From positions 1 through 31,592 of the forward strand of contig CAVSQW010000016.1 of the NCBI GenBank assembly GCA_963730185.1: a DNA stretch of 31,592 bases, in the 5' to 3' direction. This document shows positions 19,810 to 28,135 of this stretch, in pieces. Positions within the stretch are counted from its first letter, which is position 1. Each line of letters begins with the position of its first letter. Made by a program: the position numbers and the translations under genes. The DNA comes from an uncultured Gemmatimonadales bacterium (lineage in GTDB: Bacteria > Gemmatimonadota > Gemmatimonadetes > Gemmatimonadales > GWC2-71-9). The notes under the pieces are model-generated. The model did no database searches. It had not been told where the DNA came from and worked only from the letters and a program-made list of their open reading frames with translations.

Positions 19810-19957
19810 GTCTCCCTCGTCGACCTGGCGACGACCGAGCCGTCGATGTCGTTCCGCCTTTCACGCGGGGACGCCCGACGCCTTCCCGACCGCGGGCGAT
19901 CCTCGAGTGCCGGCTCCCCGGGCGGCGCCGGTATATGTTTCACCTTCACCAGGCGAA
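19810..19957 (+). repeat. Decayed partial copy of the multicopper oxidase 3' region (16176-16378)
   Basis: GTCTcCCTCGTCgACCTGGCGACGACCGAgCCGTCGATGTCGTT... aligns to 16176-16257, then jumps to ~16313-16378. Confidence 0.9.
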
Positions 19958-19962
19958 CCCGG

Positions 19963-20210
19963 GTGCAGGTGGCGAGCGCCGGCATGGCCAGCTTGGTGGC
20001 ATACGAGGGGCTCGAGCTGATCGCCAACCCCGCGGCGACGGTGCGCGACTACCGGACCACGCTTCCAGGGCGTACTGCACGTCGGTTTGGTTCGTGATCT
20101 TGCTCTACGTCCTGATCGCGATGGTCGTGCTGGGCTCGCTGCCGGCGCCGTCTTTGCGCTGGACAACCTCGCGAACGTCAGGAAGGCGAAGGAGAACGGC
20201 AGCAACCGGG
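19963..20210 (+). pseudogene. Internal fragments of an APC-family amino acid permease
   Basis: GMASLVAYEGLELIANPAATVRDYRTTLP/RAYCTSVWFVILLYVLIAMVVLGSLP resembles the APC F.AYEGFE.IAN....V.....TLPRA motif; frameshifted, no start or end. Confidence 0.7.
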
Positions 20211-20289
20211 TGCAAACCAGGCGGATCCGCTACCCACCGTGATCACCAGCTCAGGTCGGTAAGCCTCGAGCGAACACCCCGGAGGGCCG

Positions 20290-20924
20290 ATGTCACATCC
20301 CGATTGGAACGCGTGCTACGCTACGGGAGATCTCCCTGGGACACGGGCGTGCCCGACCTGCACCTGGTGGGCCTGGTCGAGCGCGGCACGCTCCCGCGGG
20401 GCCGCCTCTTGGAGGTTGGATGCGGGACCGGCACGAATGCCGTCTGGCTGGCGGGAGAAGGCTTCGACGTCGTCGGCCTCGACCTCGCTCCGCTCGCGAT
20501 CGAGCGGGCGTCCCTTCGGCGGAGCGAGCACGGAGTGCCCAGCGACCGGTGCGCCTTCGAGGTCAGGGACTTTCTCCAGGCCGGCGGCGACTTGGGCCCC
20601 TTCGAAGCCGTGTTCGACCGCGGGGTGTTTCACGTCTTCGACGAGCGGGCGGACCGCGCCACGTTCGCCGGGCAGGTGGCGCGGGCGCTGGCGCCCGGCG
20701 GGGTCTGGGCCAGCGTCATCGGCAGCACGGAGGGTCCCGCCCGAGACGGGGGTCCGCCGCGCCGAACGATGCGGGACATCGCCGACGCCGTCGAGCCCGC
20801 GCTGGAGTGCCTGTCGCTGACTTCGGTGCGGCTCGATGCGCGGCGGCCGGCGCACGTGCGGGCGTGGGTGTTGGTGGCCCGTCGGCGCTCGGTTCCCGCC
20901 CAGCCCTCCACCACGCGCGGCTGA
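20290..20924 (+). CDS. Class I SAM-dependent methyltransferase (TPMT-like); frameshift near 20335
   Basis: GGAGG RBS; MSHPDWNACYATGDL/PWDTGVPD; LEVGCGTG, VVGLDLA, FDRGVFH. Confidence 0.88.
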
Positions 20925-21004
20925 GCTATCCGAACCGCGAAGATGCCCACGGTCGTCGAGTCGGGTCACCGACAGCGAGGCCTCGGCCGAGAGACATTGT
21001 CACG

Positions 21005-21916
21005 ATGAGGTCCAGTTCCCTCGGCTGGCTCTGCTGCGCCTGCGTCGCCACCCTCGGATGCAGGTCGAGCGCGGGCCCCGACGCCGACCGACCGGCCCTC
21101 GACGAGTGCGGCACGCCGGGTCCCGGATGGCTGTTCTGCGATGGATTCGAATGGGGCGGGACCGCGCCGTTCTGGGACGGGTCCGACACCGGCCCAACCT
21201 TGGTCGGGGATCCCGGCGCGCACGGCCGCGCCGGAAACCACGTCTTACGGTTCCGGGTTTCCCCGGGGAGTGGTGGCGGGGCCGGCGTCTGGAAGCGGAT
21301 CGCCGGGCATCGGAAGCTCTACACCCGGTTCTGGGTCCAGTGGGAGAAGGGGCACGACCTGACCGCGGTGCACCACGGCCCCGGCGGACTGGCCGCCGAC
21401 CCCGGTGGGAATCTCGGGCGCTCCGGCATTCGCCCCGACGGCACCGACCTCATCGCGGCCACGATCGAGGCCGGCACCGCCGGCCCCCACCCGCTCTACT
21501 CGTACACCTACTACCCCGGCATGTACCAGGACTGCGCCGACCCCGCGGGCGCTTGCTGGGGCGACTCCTTCCCGTGCAGCTACGATCCTCCCGGGGTCAC
21601 CCACTACTGCACCCACCCGGCCGACCGCCCCAGCGTGGCGCAGGCCGGAGTCCAAACTGGACGCTGGTACTGCCTGGAGCAAATGGTCGACGCCGGCACG
21701 CCGACCCCGACCGCGGCGGGTGCCGACGGCGCGCTCGACTTCTGGATCGACGGGGCGGAGATCGGCCCTTGGACCGGGCTCTGGATGCGGTCGACCGAAT
21801 CGCTGCAGCTCAACGTCCTCTGGCTCTTTCTGTACCACCAGGACGGGAACCACAGCGCCGAGGGTCTGCTGGTCGACGACGTGGTGGTCGGCACCGAGGC
21901 GATCGCTTGTCCCTAG
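21005..21916 (+). CDS. Secreted/lipoprotein with predicted beta-jelly-roll (polysaccharide-lyase/ConA-like) fold
   Basis: Lipobox-like TLGC; WLFCDGFE, LYTRFWV, GRWYCLEQMV, DGALDFWIDG and DDVVVGT motifs. Confidence 0.7.
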   Translation: MRSSSLGWLCCACVATLGCRSSAGPDADRPALDECGTPGPGWLFCDGFEWGGTAPFWDGSDTGPTLVGDPGAHGRAGNHVLRFRVSPGSGGGAGVWKRIAGHRKLYTRFWVQWEKGHDLTAVHHGPGGLAADPGGNLGRSGIRPDGTDLIAATIEAGTAGPHPLYSYTYYPGMYQDCADPAGACWGDSFPCSYDPPGVTHYCTHPADRPSVAQAGVQTGRWYCLEQMVDAGTPTPTAAGADGALDFWIDGAEIGPWTGLWMRSTESLQLNVLWLFLYHQDGNHSAEGLLVDDVVVGTEAIACP

Positions 21917-22062
21917 GTCCTTGCCGGCGGGTGAAGCGGCCGGGAGCGGCTGCGACCCGAGCGGGAGGTGGTTGGGGCGAATGAGGGAAGCGACGCGGGC
22001 GCCGAGGGCCCGCCTCGCCCGCCAAGGGGGGACGAGAGGGGCCGTCTGGGCCGCGGCTCTCC

Positions 22063-22512
22063 TTACCGGACGGCGGTCTCCCGTTCCGCCCGGGCCACTA
22101 CCTCGAGCAGTGTTTCGAGCGCATAGTCCCCGTCGTGACGCAGGCCATTCACGAAGAAGGTCGGCGTCCCGTTCACCCCGCTCATCACGCCGCCCCGGAA
22201 ATGCCGCCGGACCTTGTCGGTCCAGCGGCCGGAATCGAGGTCGTCCCGAAACCGGTCCAGGTCGAGACCGATCTGCTCCGCGTACTGTTCCAGGTCGGAG
22301 CGCTCCAGGTGGTGCTGGTGCTGGAAGAGCTGGTCGTGCATCTCCCAGAACCGACCCTGAGCGCCGGCGGCTTCGGCCGCCTCCGCGGCGCCCTCCGCGT
22401 AGGGATGGATGTTGCCGAGCGGGAAGTTCCGGAACACCACCCTGAGGGCGGCGCCCGCCCGCCGTTCCAGTTCCTTCACGATCGGGTACGCCCCGCCGCA
22501 ATAGGGGCATTC
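22063..22512 (-). pseudogene. DsbA/thioredoxin-fold oxidoreductase lacking its 5' end
   Basis: [46 protein letters not shown]. The usual G...A.VT.VEYGD segment before CxxC and a start codon are missing. Confidence 0.82.
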
Positions 22513-22539
22513 CGTACCACTTTGCGACCTTGCCAGACT

Positions 22540-22806
22540 GGTTACCTGGCCGGAGTCATGGGGGTCCTGAACGAGATCACCATCAAGCCGGTCGTCGCCG
22601 CGACCAAGGTCAAGGACGCCATCGAGAAGGCGCTCAAGCGTGATGCCGAAATCGATGCCGATGCCGTAACCGTGCGGGCGGACGGAGGGAGAGTAACGCT
22701 CTCCGGCAGCGTTCGCAGCTGGGCAGACCGCGAAGAAGCAGGCCGGGCGGCGTGGAGGGCGCCGGGTGTGACCGGGGTGGACAACGACCTCGCCGTCTCC
22801 TACTGA
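22540..22806 (+). pseudogene. C-terminal fragment of a multi-BON (OsmY-like) protein
   Basis: [16 protein letters not shown] (tail of one BON) followed by a complete [14 protein letters not shown]...[35 protein letters not shown]. Confidence 0.8.
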
Positions 22807-23029
22807 GTGGCACTTCGCGGCCCGCGTCTCCAGGTCCAGAGTGAACCCCTCCTGCGGTTCGCCCTGGGCCTGAGAGACGGCCGAGGCGCCGGACCACATG
22901 GTCGCCGGGGGGCCGCTCGGCGAGCCCAGGTCGAGGCTGGTTCCGCGGCCGTGGCGCTGCGAGGGAACCCGGACCCCTGACGGGCCGCCTCGCCCATCCG
23001 AGCGGCCGTCCTGCGAGACGAACCGGTCG

Positions 23030-23155
23030 CCCGACGGCGAGGCGGATGATTCGCGTTTTCGGTCTCCAGGACCGCGTAGAGGTAGTTCAGGATCGCGTTA
23101 GCCGGATTACCGCGCGGTTGGGGCCCCGGCCGCCCAAAGACGAATGCCGCTGGGC
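23030..23155 (-). pseudogene. cas1: Short frameshifted fragment of a Cas1-family endonuclease
   Basis: Repaired translation AQRHSSLGGRGPNRAV/NPANAILNYLYAVLETE/TRIIRLAVG resembles the Cas1 segment (D/N)P.NA.LNY.Y..L.........GLDP. Confidence 0.65.
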
Positions 23156-23158
23156 AAG

Positions 23159-23197
23159 TGTAACCAATACTGGCCAAAAAGAGACGTATAGGTTACA
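23159..23197. promoter_or_regulatory. Inverted repeat, probable operator of the adjacent XRE regulator
   Basis: TGTAACCAATAC-N15-GTATAGGTTACA (11/12 complementary) in an AT-rich patch about 50 bp upstream of the operon. Confidence 0.6.
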
Positions 23198-23246
23198 TTG
23201 CTTCCCGTGAGCTGATGCAATTGTCGAAACGCTACGGGAGCACCAT

Positions 23247-23711
23247 ATGACCAAGTCGACCGAACCGCGCTCGGAGAAATATCTCCGCTTCAGCCGACGC
23301 GGCATGACGGTGCTCCTTCTCCTCGTCATCGCAGTGGGCGGAGTTGGTCTGACCATGGCGGTCCGGCCGCAATCCCCGACGTGGCCCCGGGCGGTCCCCG
23401 CGCTGTGGATCGTCGCGGTAGTCATCGCCGTCTCGCTCCAGCGGACGCTTGGGGGCGAGCGGTGGGACCCGCGCCTGCCTGAGGTACGGGCGATCGTTGC
23501 GGACGAATGGCGACAGCGGAACATGGACCGCGCTCGGCGCATCGCGTTCGCCGTCGTCCTCGGCGCGCAGGTCCCGCTCGGCCTGCTGCTCGCCGGGCTC
23601 CCGCCGCTGCGGGCCGTGATGGCGATGGCTACCGCGACGATCACGCTCGGACTGGCGACCATGCTCGGCCTATTCCTCTACTTCGATCGGGACGCGCCCG
23701 ATGCCGGATAA
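23247..23711 (+). CDS. Four-TM membrane protein, coupled to the XRE regulator
   Basis: GGAG RBS; four hydrophobic segments; DEW-containing loop; overlaps the next gene. Confidence 0.8.
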   Translation: MTKSTEPRSEKYLRFSRRGMTVLLLLVIAVGGVGLTMAVRPQSPTWPRAVPALWIVAVVIAVSLQRTLGGERWDPRLPEVRAIVADEWRQRNMDRARRIAFAVVLGAQVPLGLLLAGLPPLRAVMAMATATITLGLATMLGLFLYFDRDAPDAG

Positions 23712-23940
23712 GGTCCTCCACAACACCCTCCGGGTGCAGCGAGCGATCCGGGATCTCACCCAGGCGGAGTTGGCGGAGCTGGCCGGCGTCACCCGCAAGT
23801 CGGTGAACGCGATCGAAGCAGGGCGGATGGTACCGTCCGTTTTGCTGGCGCTCAGGCTCGCCCGGGTCCTGGGCGTCGCCGTCGAGGCCCTCTTCACTTT
23901 GGACGCCGCTTTCGCAGCGTCGAAGGACGACACGCCGTAG
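23701..23940 (+). CDS. XRE/Cro-family HTH transcriptional regulator
   Basis: LTQAELAELAGVTRKSVNAIEAGRMVPSVLLALRLARVLG..VEALF. Confidence 0.93.
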   Translation: MPDKVLHNTLRVQRAIRDLTQAELAELAGVTRKSVNAIEAGRMVPSVLLALRLARVLGVAVEALFTLDAAFAASKDDTP

Positions 23941-23979
23941 GCGGCAGCTCCGTTGTTGCCGAGCCTCACCGCTCGCGCC

Positions 23980-24279
23980 TTACAACGTCAGCCCTTCCGC
24001 CATTACCCCGAGGGCGGCCCGGGTCTCCCGAAGTGCCTCCCGCCCGTCGCGCAGCACCCGGAAGTACTTCCTGGCCCGGCCGCCCCGCTCCGGGGTGGCT
24101 TCGCCCAGGCGGTGGGCCACCCACCCCTTCCGCTCCAGCCGGTCCAGGGTCGTATAGACGGCCCCGTAGGAGACGTCGCGACCGGTGCGCTTCTCGATCT
24201 CCGCGCGCACGTCCATGCCGTAGGCATCGTTGTCCAGGCGGAGGAGCGCCAGGAGGACCAGCTGCTCGAACTCACCCAT
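23980..24279 (-). CDS. PadR-family transcriptional regulator
   Basis: GEFEQLVLLALLRL, AYGMDV, GAVYTTLDRLERKG, RGGRARKYF; GGAGG RBS. Confidence 0.93.
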   Translation of the reverse strand: MGEFEQLVLLALLRLDNDAYGMDVRAEIEKRTGRDVSYGAVYTTLDRLERKGWVAHRLGEATPERGGRARKYFRVLRDGREALRETRAALGVMAEGLTL

Positions 24280-24303
24280 GATCCGTCCTCCCGGATTTCA
24301 CCC

Positions 24304-26979
24304 TCATTCCGATCGGAGCGCCGTCACCGGCGGCACCCGCGTCGCGCGTGCCGCAGGGATGGCGGACGCGGCCACCGCCACCAGCCCCAGCGCCAGGGCG
24401 CCCGCGATCATGGTGAGGGGATCGACGGCCCCGATCCCGTAGACCATCCCCTCGAGAATCTTGGTGCTCGCCAGGGCGCCGACCAACCCGATCGCCACGC
24501 CCCAGACGGCCAGCCGCACGCCTCGGCGCACCACCAGGCCCACGATGCCGCTCCGGGCGGCGCCCAGCGCGATCCGGATGCCCAGCTCGCGGGTGCGGCG
24601 CGCCACGAAGTGCGACACGATGCCGTAGACCCCGGCGGCCGCCAGGAAGAGCGCCGCCAGGGCGAAGAGCGCGATCAGGGTGGTATAGAAGCGGCGCTGC
24701 GCGAAGGTGCGCTCCACCCGTTCCTGCATCATCCGGACGTCCGAGGGTGGCTGGGACGGATCAACGGCGAGAGCCGCCTCCCGGATCCGGGGCACCAAGG
24801 CACTCAAGGAGCCCGACGCGCGGACGGTAAGGTACTGCGAGCCGCTCCAGCCCCGCGTGTAAGGCGCGTAGAGCTGGGCCTGAGGTGGCTGCTCCGGCCC
24901 CCATTGGCGGATGTCGCCCACCACGCCGACGACGGTGAGCCAGTCGGGCGGGGTGTCGGAGAAGCTGAACCGCTTGCCCAGCGGGTCCCGCCCGGGCCAG
25001 GCGACGTCGGCGAACCGTTGGTTGACGACCACGTTGGTGGCCCCGGGCAACGAGTCCTGGGCCACGAGGAGCCGGCCCTTGAGGAGGGGAATGTCCATGG
25101 CCGCGAAGTAGTCGCCGGTCACGCTGGTCACCTCCACCAGCGGTCCTTCGCCGCTGTTCTTCCGGGGAGGGGTGCCCTCCACCCAGGCGGTGCCGTTGCT
25201 GCCGCCGAAGAGGGGGAGCCGGGAGACGGTCCCCACGCTCTTCACCCCGGGCAGGCCGGCCACCCGCTCGTGCACCTGGTCGTAGTAGGCCACCTTGGCC
25301 TCATTCCGCTGGTACCGTGGACCGGTGGGGTCGAGCGCCATGGTGATCACCCCGTCCGGCCGGAACCCGAACTCCTCGCCGCGGAGGGTGGCGTAGCTCC
25401 GGACCAGGATCAGAGCCCCGTTGGCCAGCACGAGCCCCAAAGCGATCTGGCCCACGATGAACGCGTTCCGGAGGCGCTCCTTGCCGGGGGCGAGGGTGGC
25501 GTACCCTCCCTCCTTGACGTTGGCCGCCAGCCCCGACCGGGCGGCCAGGAGTGCCGGGATCATCCCGAACACCAGCGCGGTGAAGGCCGACGCGCCCAGG
25601 GCAAAGACCAGCGCCGCCCGGTCCACGTGGATCGCGTCGATCCGGGGGAAGGTGGGCGGCAGGACCGACTTGAGACCGCCGATGACCAGGTACGACACGG
25701 CGATGCCCAGCACCCCGCCCAGCGCCGCCAGCACCAGCGCCTCGGAGAAGAGGAGGCGTACCATGGCCCGGCGGCTGGCTCCCAGGGCCGCGCGCACCGC
25801 CAGCTCCGTTTCCCGGCCGGCGGCCCGGGCCAGGAGGAGGCCGGCGACGTTGCCGCAGGCGATGAGGAGCACCAGCGCCGCGGCCCCGAGGATCATCCTG
25901 AGCTGGCCGCCCACCGCGCCGAAGAGGTACTCGTGGACCGTGAAGACCTTGGCCGAGCGGTCGGTATTGGTCTCCGGATACTCCTGCGCCAGCTCGCCCA
26001 TGATCCGGTCCATGTCGGCCTGGGCGCTCTCCTTGGTCCGACCTGGGGCGAGCCGGGCGATGGCCGGCCAGCCGTGGCTGGCCCGGTTCCCGGCCGCGAT
26101 CCGGTCGGCCTGGAACGGGAGGTAGACCTGGTAGGTGCCCATCCGAGCCCACGGCGAGGGGACGTCGAAGTCCTTGGGCATCACCCCGACGATGGTGTAG
26201 GACGTGCCGTCCAGCTGAAGGGTCGAGCTCAGCACGTCGGGCCGGCCGCCGAGCTCGTTTTGCCACAGCGTCCAGCTCACCAGCGCCACGCCCGGCGCCT
26301 TCTCGTCGTCGGGCGCGAGCGCCCGCCCCAGGGCGGGGGAGACCCGGAGCAGGTCGAAGGCGCTGGCGGTCACGTAGGTGCCCTGGATCCGTTCCGGCTG
26401 GGCGAGCCCGGTGAGCGTAAAGGTGCCGGGATTGAGCAGCGCCATTCCCGAGAACGACCGGTTGTGCTGGACCCAGTCCAGATAGTCCGGTCCGGACGCC
26501 GGGCCGCAGCAGCCGAAGCCCGCCTGCTCCATGACGATGACCAGGCGATCCGATTCCGGCAGCGGGAGGGGTTCCAGAAAGACGGTGCGATAGACGCCGA
26601 AGAGCGCGGTGGTCGTCCCCACGCCCAGGGCGAGCGTCACCAGGACGATCAGGGAGAAGCCGGGCCGCCGGCGAAGCGCCCGGAGGGCCAGCCACAGGTC
26701 GCTCACCAGCCGTTCCATCGGGTCCCCCTCTCGGGTGTTGTCACGCCACACCGTCCCGAACCGCCACGCGGTGTGTGCCAGGGCGGGAAGGATCGAGCGG
26801 AGGACCTGGCCCCGGAGCCAGCGGCGGGCGGCCACGCGCCCGCCCCGGTCCAGCCGACATTGGAGCTCCTCCTCCACGTCGCCCAGGACCGCCTCGCGCT
26901 GCTCCGCCGGCACCAGCCGGCCCAGCACGCGGATCCACGCCCGGAGCTCGCGGCTCCGCCCTCCGTGGGCATCCGGCAC
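24304..26979 (-). CDS. ADOP-family duplicated ABC permease, intact (891 aa, with N-terminal prefix extension)
   Basis: DLWLALRALRRRPGF, LLIACGNVAGLLLAR, ELAVRAALGA, RTRELGIRIALGA, PAARATRVPPVTALRSE. Confidence 0.93.
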   Translation of the reverse strand: MPDAHGGRSRELRAWIRVLGRLVPAEQREAVLGDVEEELQCRLDRGGRVAARRWLRGQVLRSILPALAHTAWRFGTVWRDNTREGDPMERLVSDLWLALRALRRRPGFSLIVLVTLALGVGTTTALFGVYRTVFLEPLPLPESDRLVIVMEQAGFGCCGPASGPDYLDWVQHNRSFSGMALLNPGTFTLTGLAQPERIQGTYVTASAFDLLRVSPALGRALAPDDEKAPGVALVSWTLWQNELGGRPDVLSSTLQLDGTSYTIVGVMPKDFDVPSPWARMGTYQVYLPFQADRIAAGNRASHGWPAIARLAPGRTKESAQADMDRIMGELAQEYPETNTDRSAKVFTVHEYLFGAVGGQLRMILGAAALVLLIACGNVAGLLLARAAGRETELAVRAALGASRRAMVRLLFSEALVLAALGGVLGIAVSYLVIGGLKSVLPPTFPRIDAIHVDRAALVFALGASAFTALVFGMIPALLAARSGLAANVKEGGYATLAPGKERLRNAFIVGQIALGLVLANGALILVRSYATLRGEEFGFRPDGVITMALDPTGPRYQRNEAKVAYYDQVHERVAGLPGVKSVGTVSRLPLFGGSNGTAWVEGTPPRKNSGEGPLVEVTSVTGDYFAAMDIPLLKGRLLVAQDSLPGATNVVVNQRFADVAWPGRDPLGKRFSFSDTPPDWLTVVGVVGDIRQWGPEQPPQAQLYAPYTRGWSGSQYLTVRASGSLSALVPRIREAALAVDPSQPPSDVRMMQERVERTFAQRRFYTTLIALFALAALFLAAAGVYGIVSHFVARRTRELGIRIALGAARSGIVGLVVRRGVRLAVWGVAIGLVGALASTKILEGMVYGIGAVDPLTMIAGALALGLVAVAASAIPAARATRVPPVTALRSE

Positions 26980-26984
26980 GATAT

Positions 26985-27013
26985 ACTATACGTTGTATTG
27001 TAAAACTCGACAA
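26985..27013 (-). promoter_or_regulatory. sigma70-type promoter with overlapping palindrome (candidate PadR box); predicts a leaderless mRNA
   Basis: Minus strand TTGTCG-N17-TATAGT ending 5 nt before the GTG start at 26979; palindrome ATAC-AAC-GTAT at 26988-26998. Confidence 0.6.
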
Positions 27014-27088
27014 CCACCCGGCCCGACTCGGCGGGAGGGCCGGGCAAGGCTTGGGGAAGTGGCCCGCGGTTCATACTGTTCAGGCGCC

Positions 27089-27487
27089 ATGCCCGACCTT
27101 TTTCGGTTCCCCAACGCCATCGCCCGAGATCCCGCGATCGAGGTCTGGCTCCGGGATCGCCCTGGCGAGCTGGGGGCGATCGCCCGCCGGTGGTTCGGCG
27201 TCATGCGCGCCTGCGGCGACGACGTCCGGGAGCTGTTGCACGACGGCCACCCGACGGCGTGCGCGGGTGACGCGGCCTTCGGCTACCTCAACGCCTTCAC
27301 GACCCACGTGGACGTCGGATTCTTTCGCGGCGCCGAGATCGCCGATCCCGACCAGCTGCTGGAAGGCACCGGCCAGCGGATGCGCCACGTGAAGCTCGGG
27401 CCGGGGCGGGACGTCGATGCCACCGCCTTGACGGCCCTGATCCGAGCGGCGTACGCCGACATGAGGCGACGGGTGAAGGCGCCGTAG
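27089..27487 (+). CDS. DUF1801-domain protein
   Basis: HDGHPTAC..DAAFGYLNAFTTHVDVGFFRGAEIADPDQLLEGTGQRMRHVKL. Confidence 0.85.
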   Translation: MPDLFRFPNAIARDPAIEVWLRDRPGELGAIARRWFGVMRACGDDVRELLHDGHPTACAGDAAFGYLNAFTTHVDVGFFRGAEIADPDQLLEGTGQRMRHVKLGPGRDVDATALTALIRAAYADMRRRVKAP

Positions 27488-27492
27488 CTGCC

Positions 27493-28053
27493 CTACGGCA
27501 CCCAGGTCGTGAGCTCGGAGGCCGGGCGGCGGGCCTTCACTTCGGGCACTTCTGCCGGCTCCCCGACGTCGATCACGGCGACGATCCGCTCGCCGTCCGG
27601 TATCCCGATCGCGGCGCGCGCCCGAGGGTCCTCCATGACGGCGCCGCTCTTGACGTGGGTGGCGAGCCCCATGGCCTGGGCGGTCAGCAGGATGTTCTGC
27701 ACAGCCATCATCGTCGCGGCATAGTCCTCCTCCCGCACCTCCAGCTTCTCGGCCAGGGTCATGGCGACGGCGATCTGGGCAGGCAAGGCGGCGCCGGCGT
27801 TCGCCACCTTGTCGACGACCGCCTGCGCGGCGACGGGATCCTCCACCTTCTTGGCCTTCCGCGAACCCAACACGGTACCGTAGGCGCGCCGGGCCTCGGG
27901 CCCGAGCACGTAGAAGCGCCACGGCTGGGTCAGCCGATGGTTGGGCGCCTGGACGGCCGAGTCGAGGAGCTGCTCGATCTGCTCCCGCCCGATCGGGCGA
28001 GTGGTGAACTGCCGGACGGACCGGCGGGCGCGGATGGCGTCGTGGAGGTCCAT
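27493..28053 (-). CDS. Nitroreductase family protein
   Basis: AIRARRSVRQF, QAPNHRLTQPWRF, AVQNILLTAQAMGLAT. Confidence 0.92.
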   Translation of the reverse strand: MDLHDAIRARRSVRQFTTRPIGREQIEQLLDSAVQAPNHRLTQPWRFYVLGPEARRAYGTVLGSRKAKKVEDPVAAQAVVDKVANAGAALPAQIAVAMTLAEKLEVREEDYAATMMAVQNILLTAQAMGLATHVKSGAVMEDPRARAAIGIPDGERIVAVIDVGEPAEVPEVKARRPASELTTWVP

Positions 28054-28082
28054 GGGAGTCGGGGTGCGAGAAGAACCAAGGT

Positions 28083-28132
28083 AACCACAGAGAGCGCAGA
28101 GAACACAGAGGTTGCGCGGTGTCCTCGGTGGC
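28083..28132. repeat. REP-like intergenic element with 9-bp periodicity and imperfect inverted arm
   Basis: ACCACAGAG-AGCGCAGAG-AACACAGAG, then CGGTGTCCTCGGTGGC (reverse complement GCCACCGAGGACACCG). Confidence 0.6.
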
Positions 28133-28135
28133 AAG

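Noticed and set aside
22807..23246. CRISPR array near the Cas1 fragment
   Set aside because: No regularly spaced direct repeats seen here or elsewhere in the window.
23953..27003. 1016-aa plus-strand ORF, and similar long ORFs at 5180-7306 and 17149-20097
   Set aside because: Shadow frames of real GC-rich genes; Arg/Pro/Gly-rich with no recognisable motifs.
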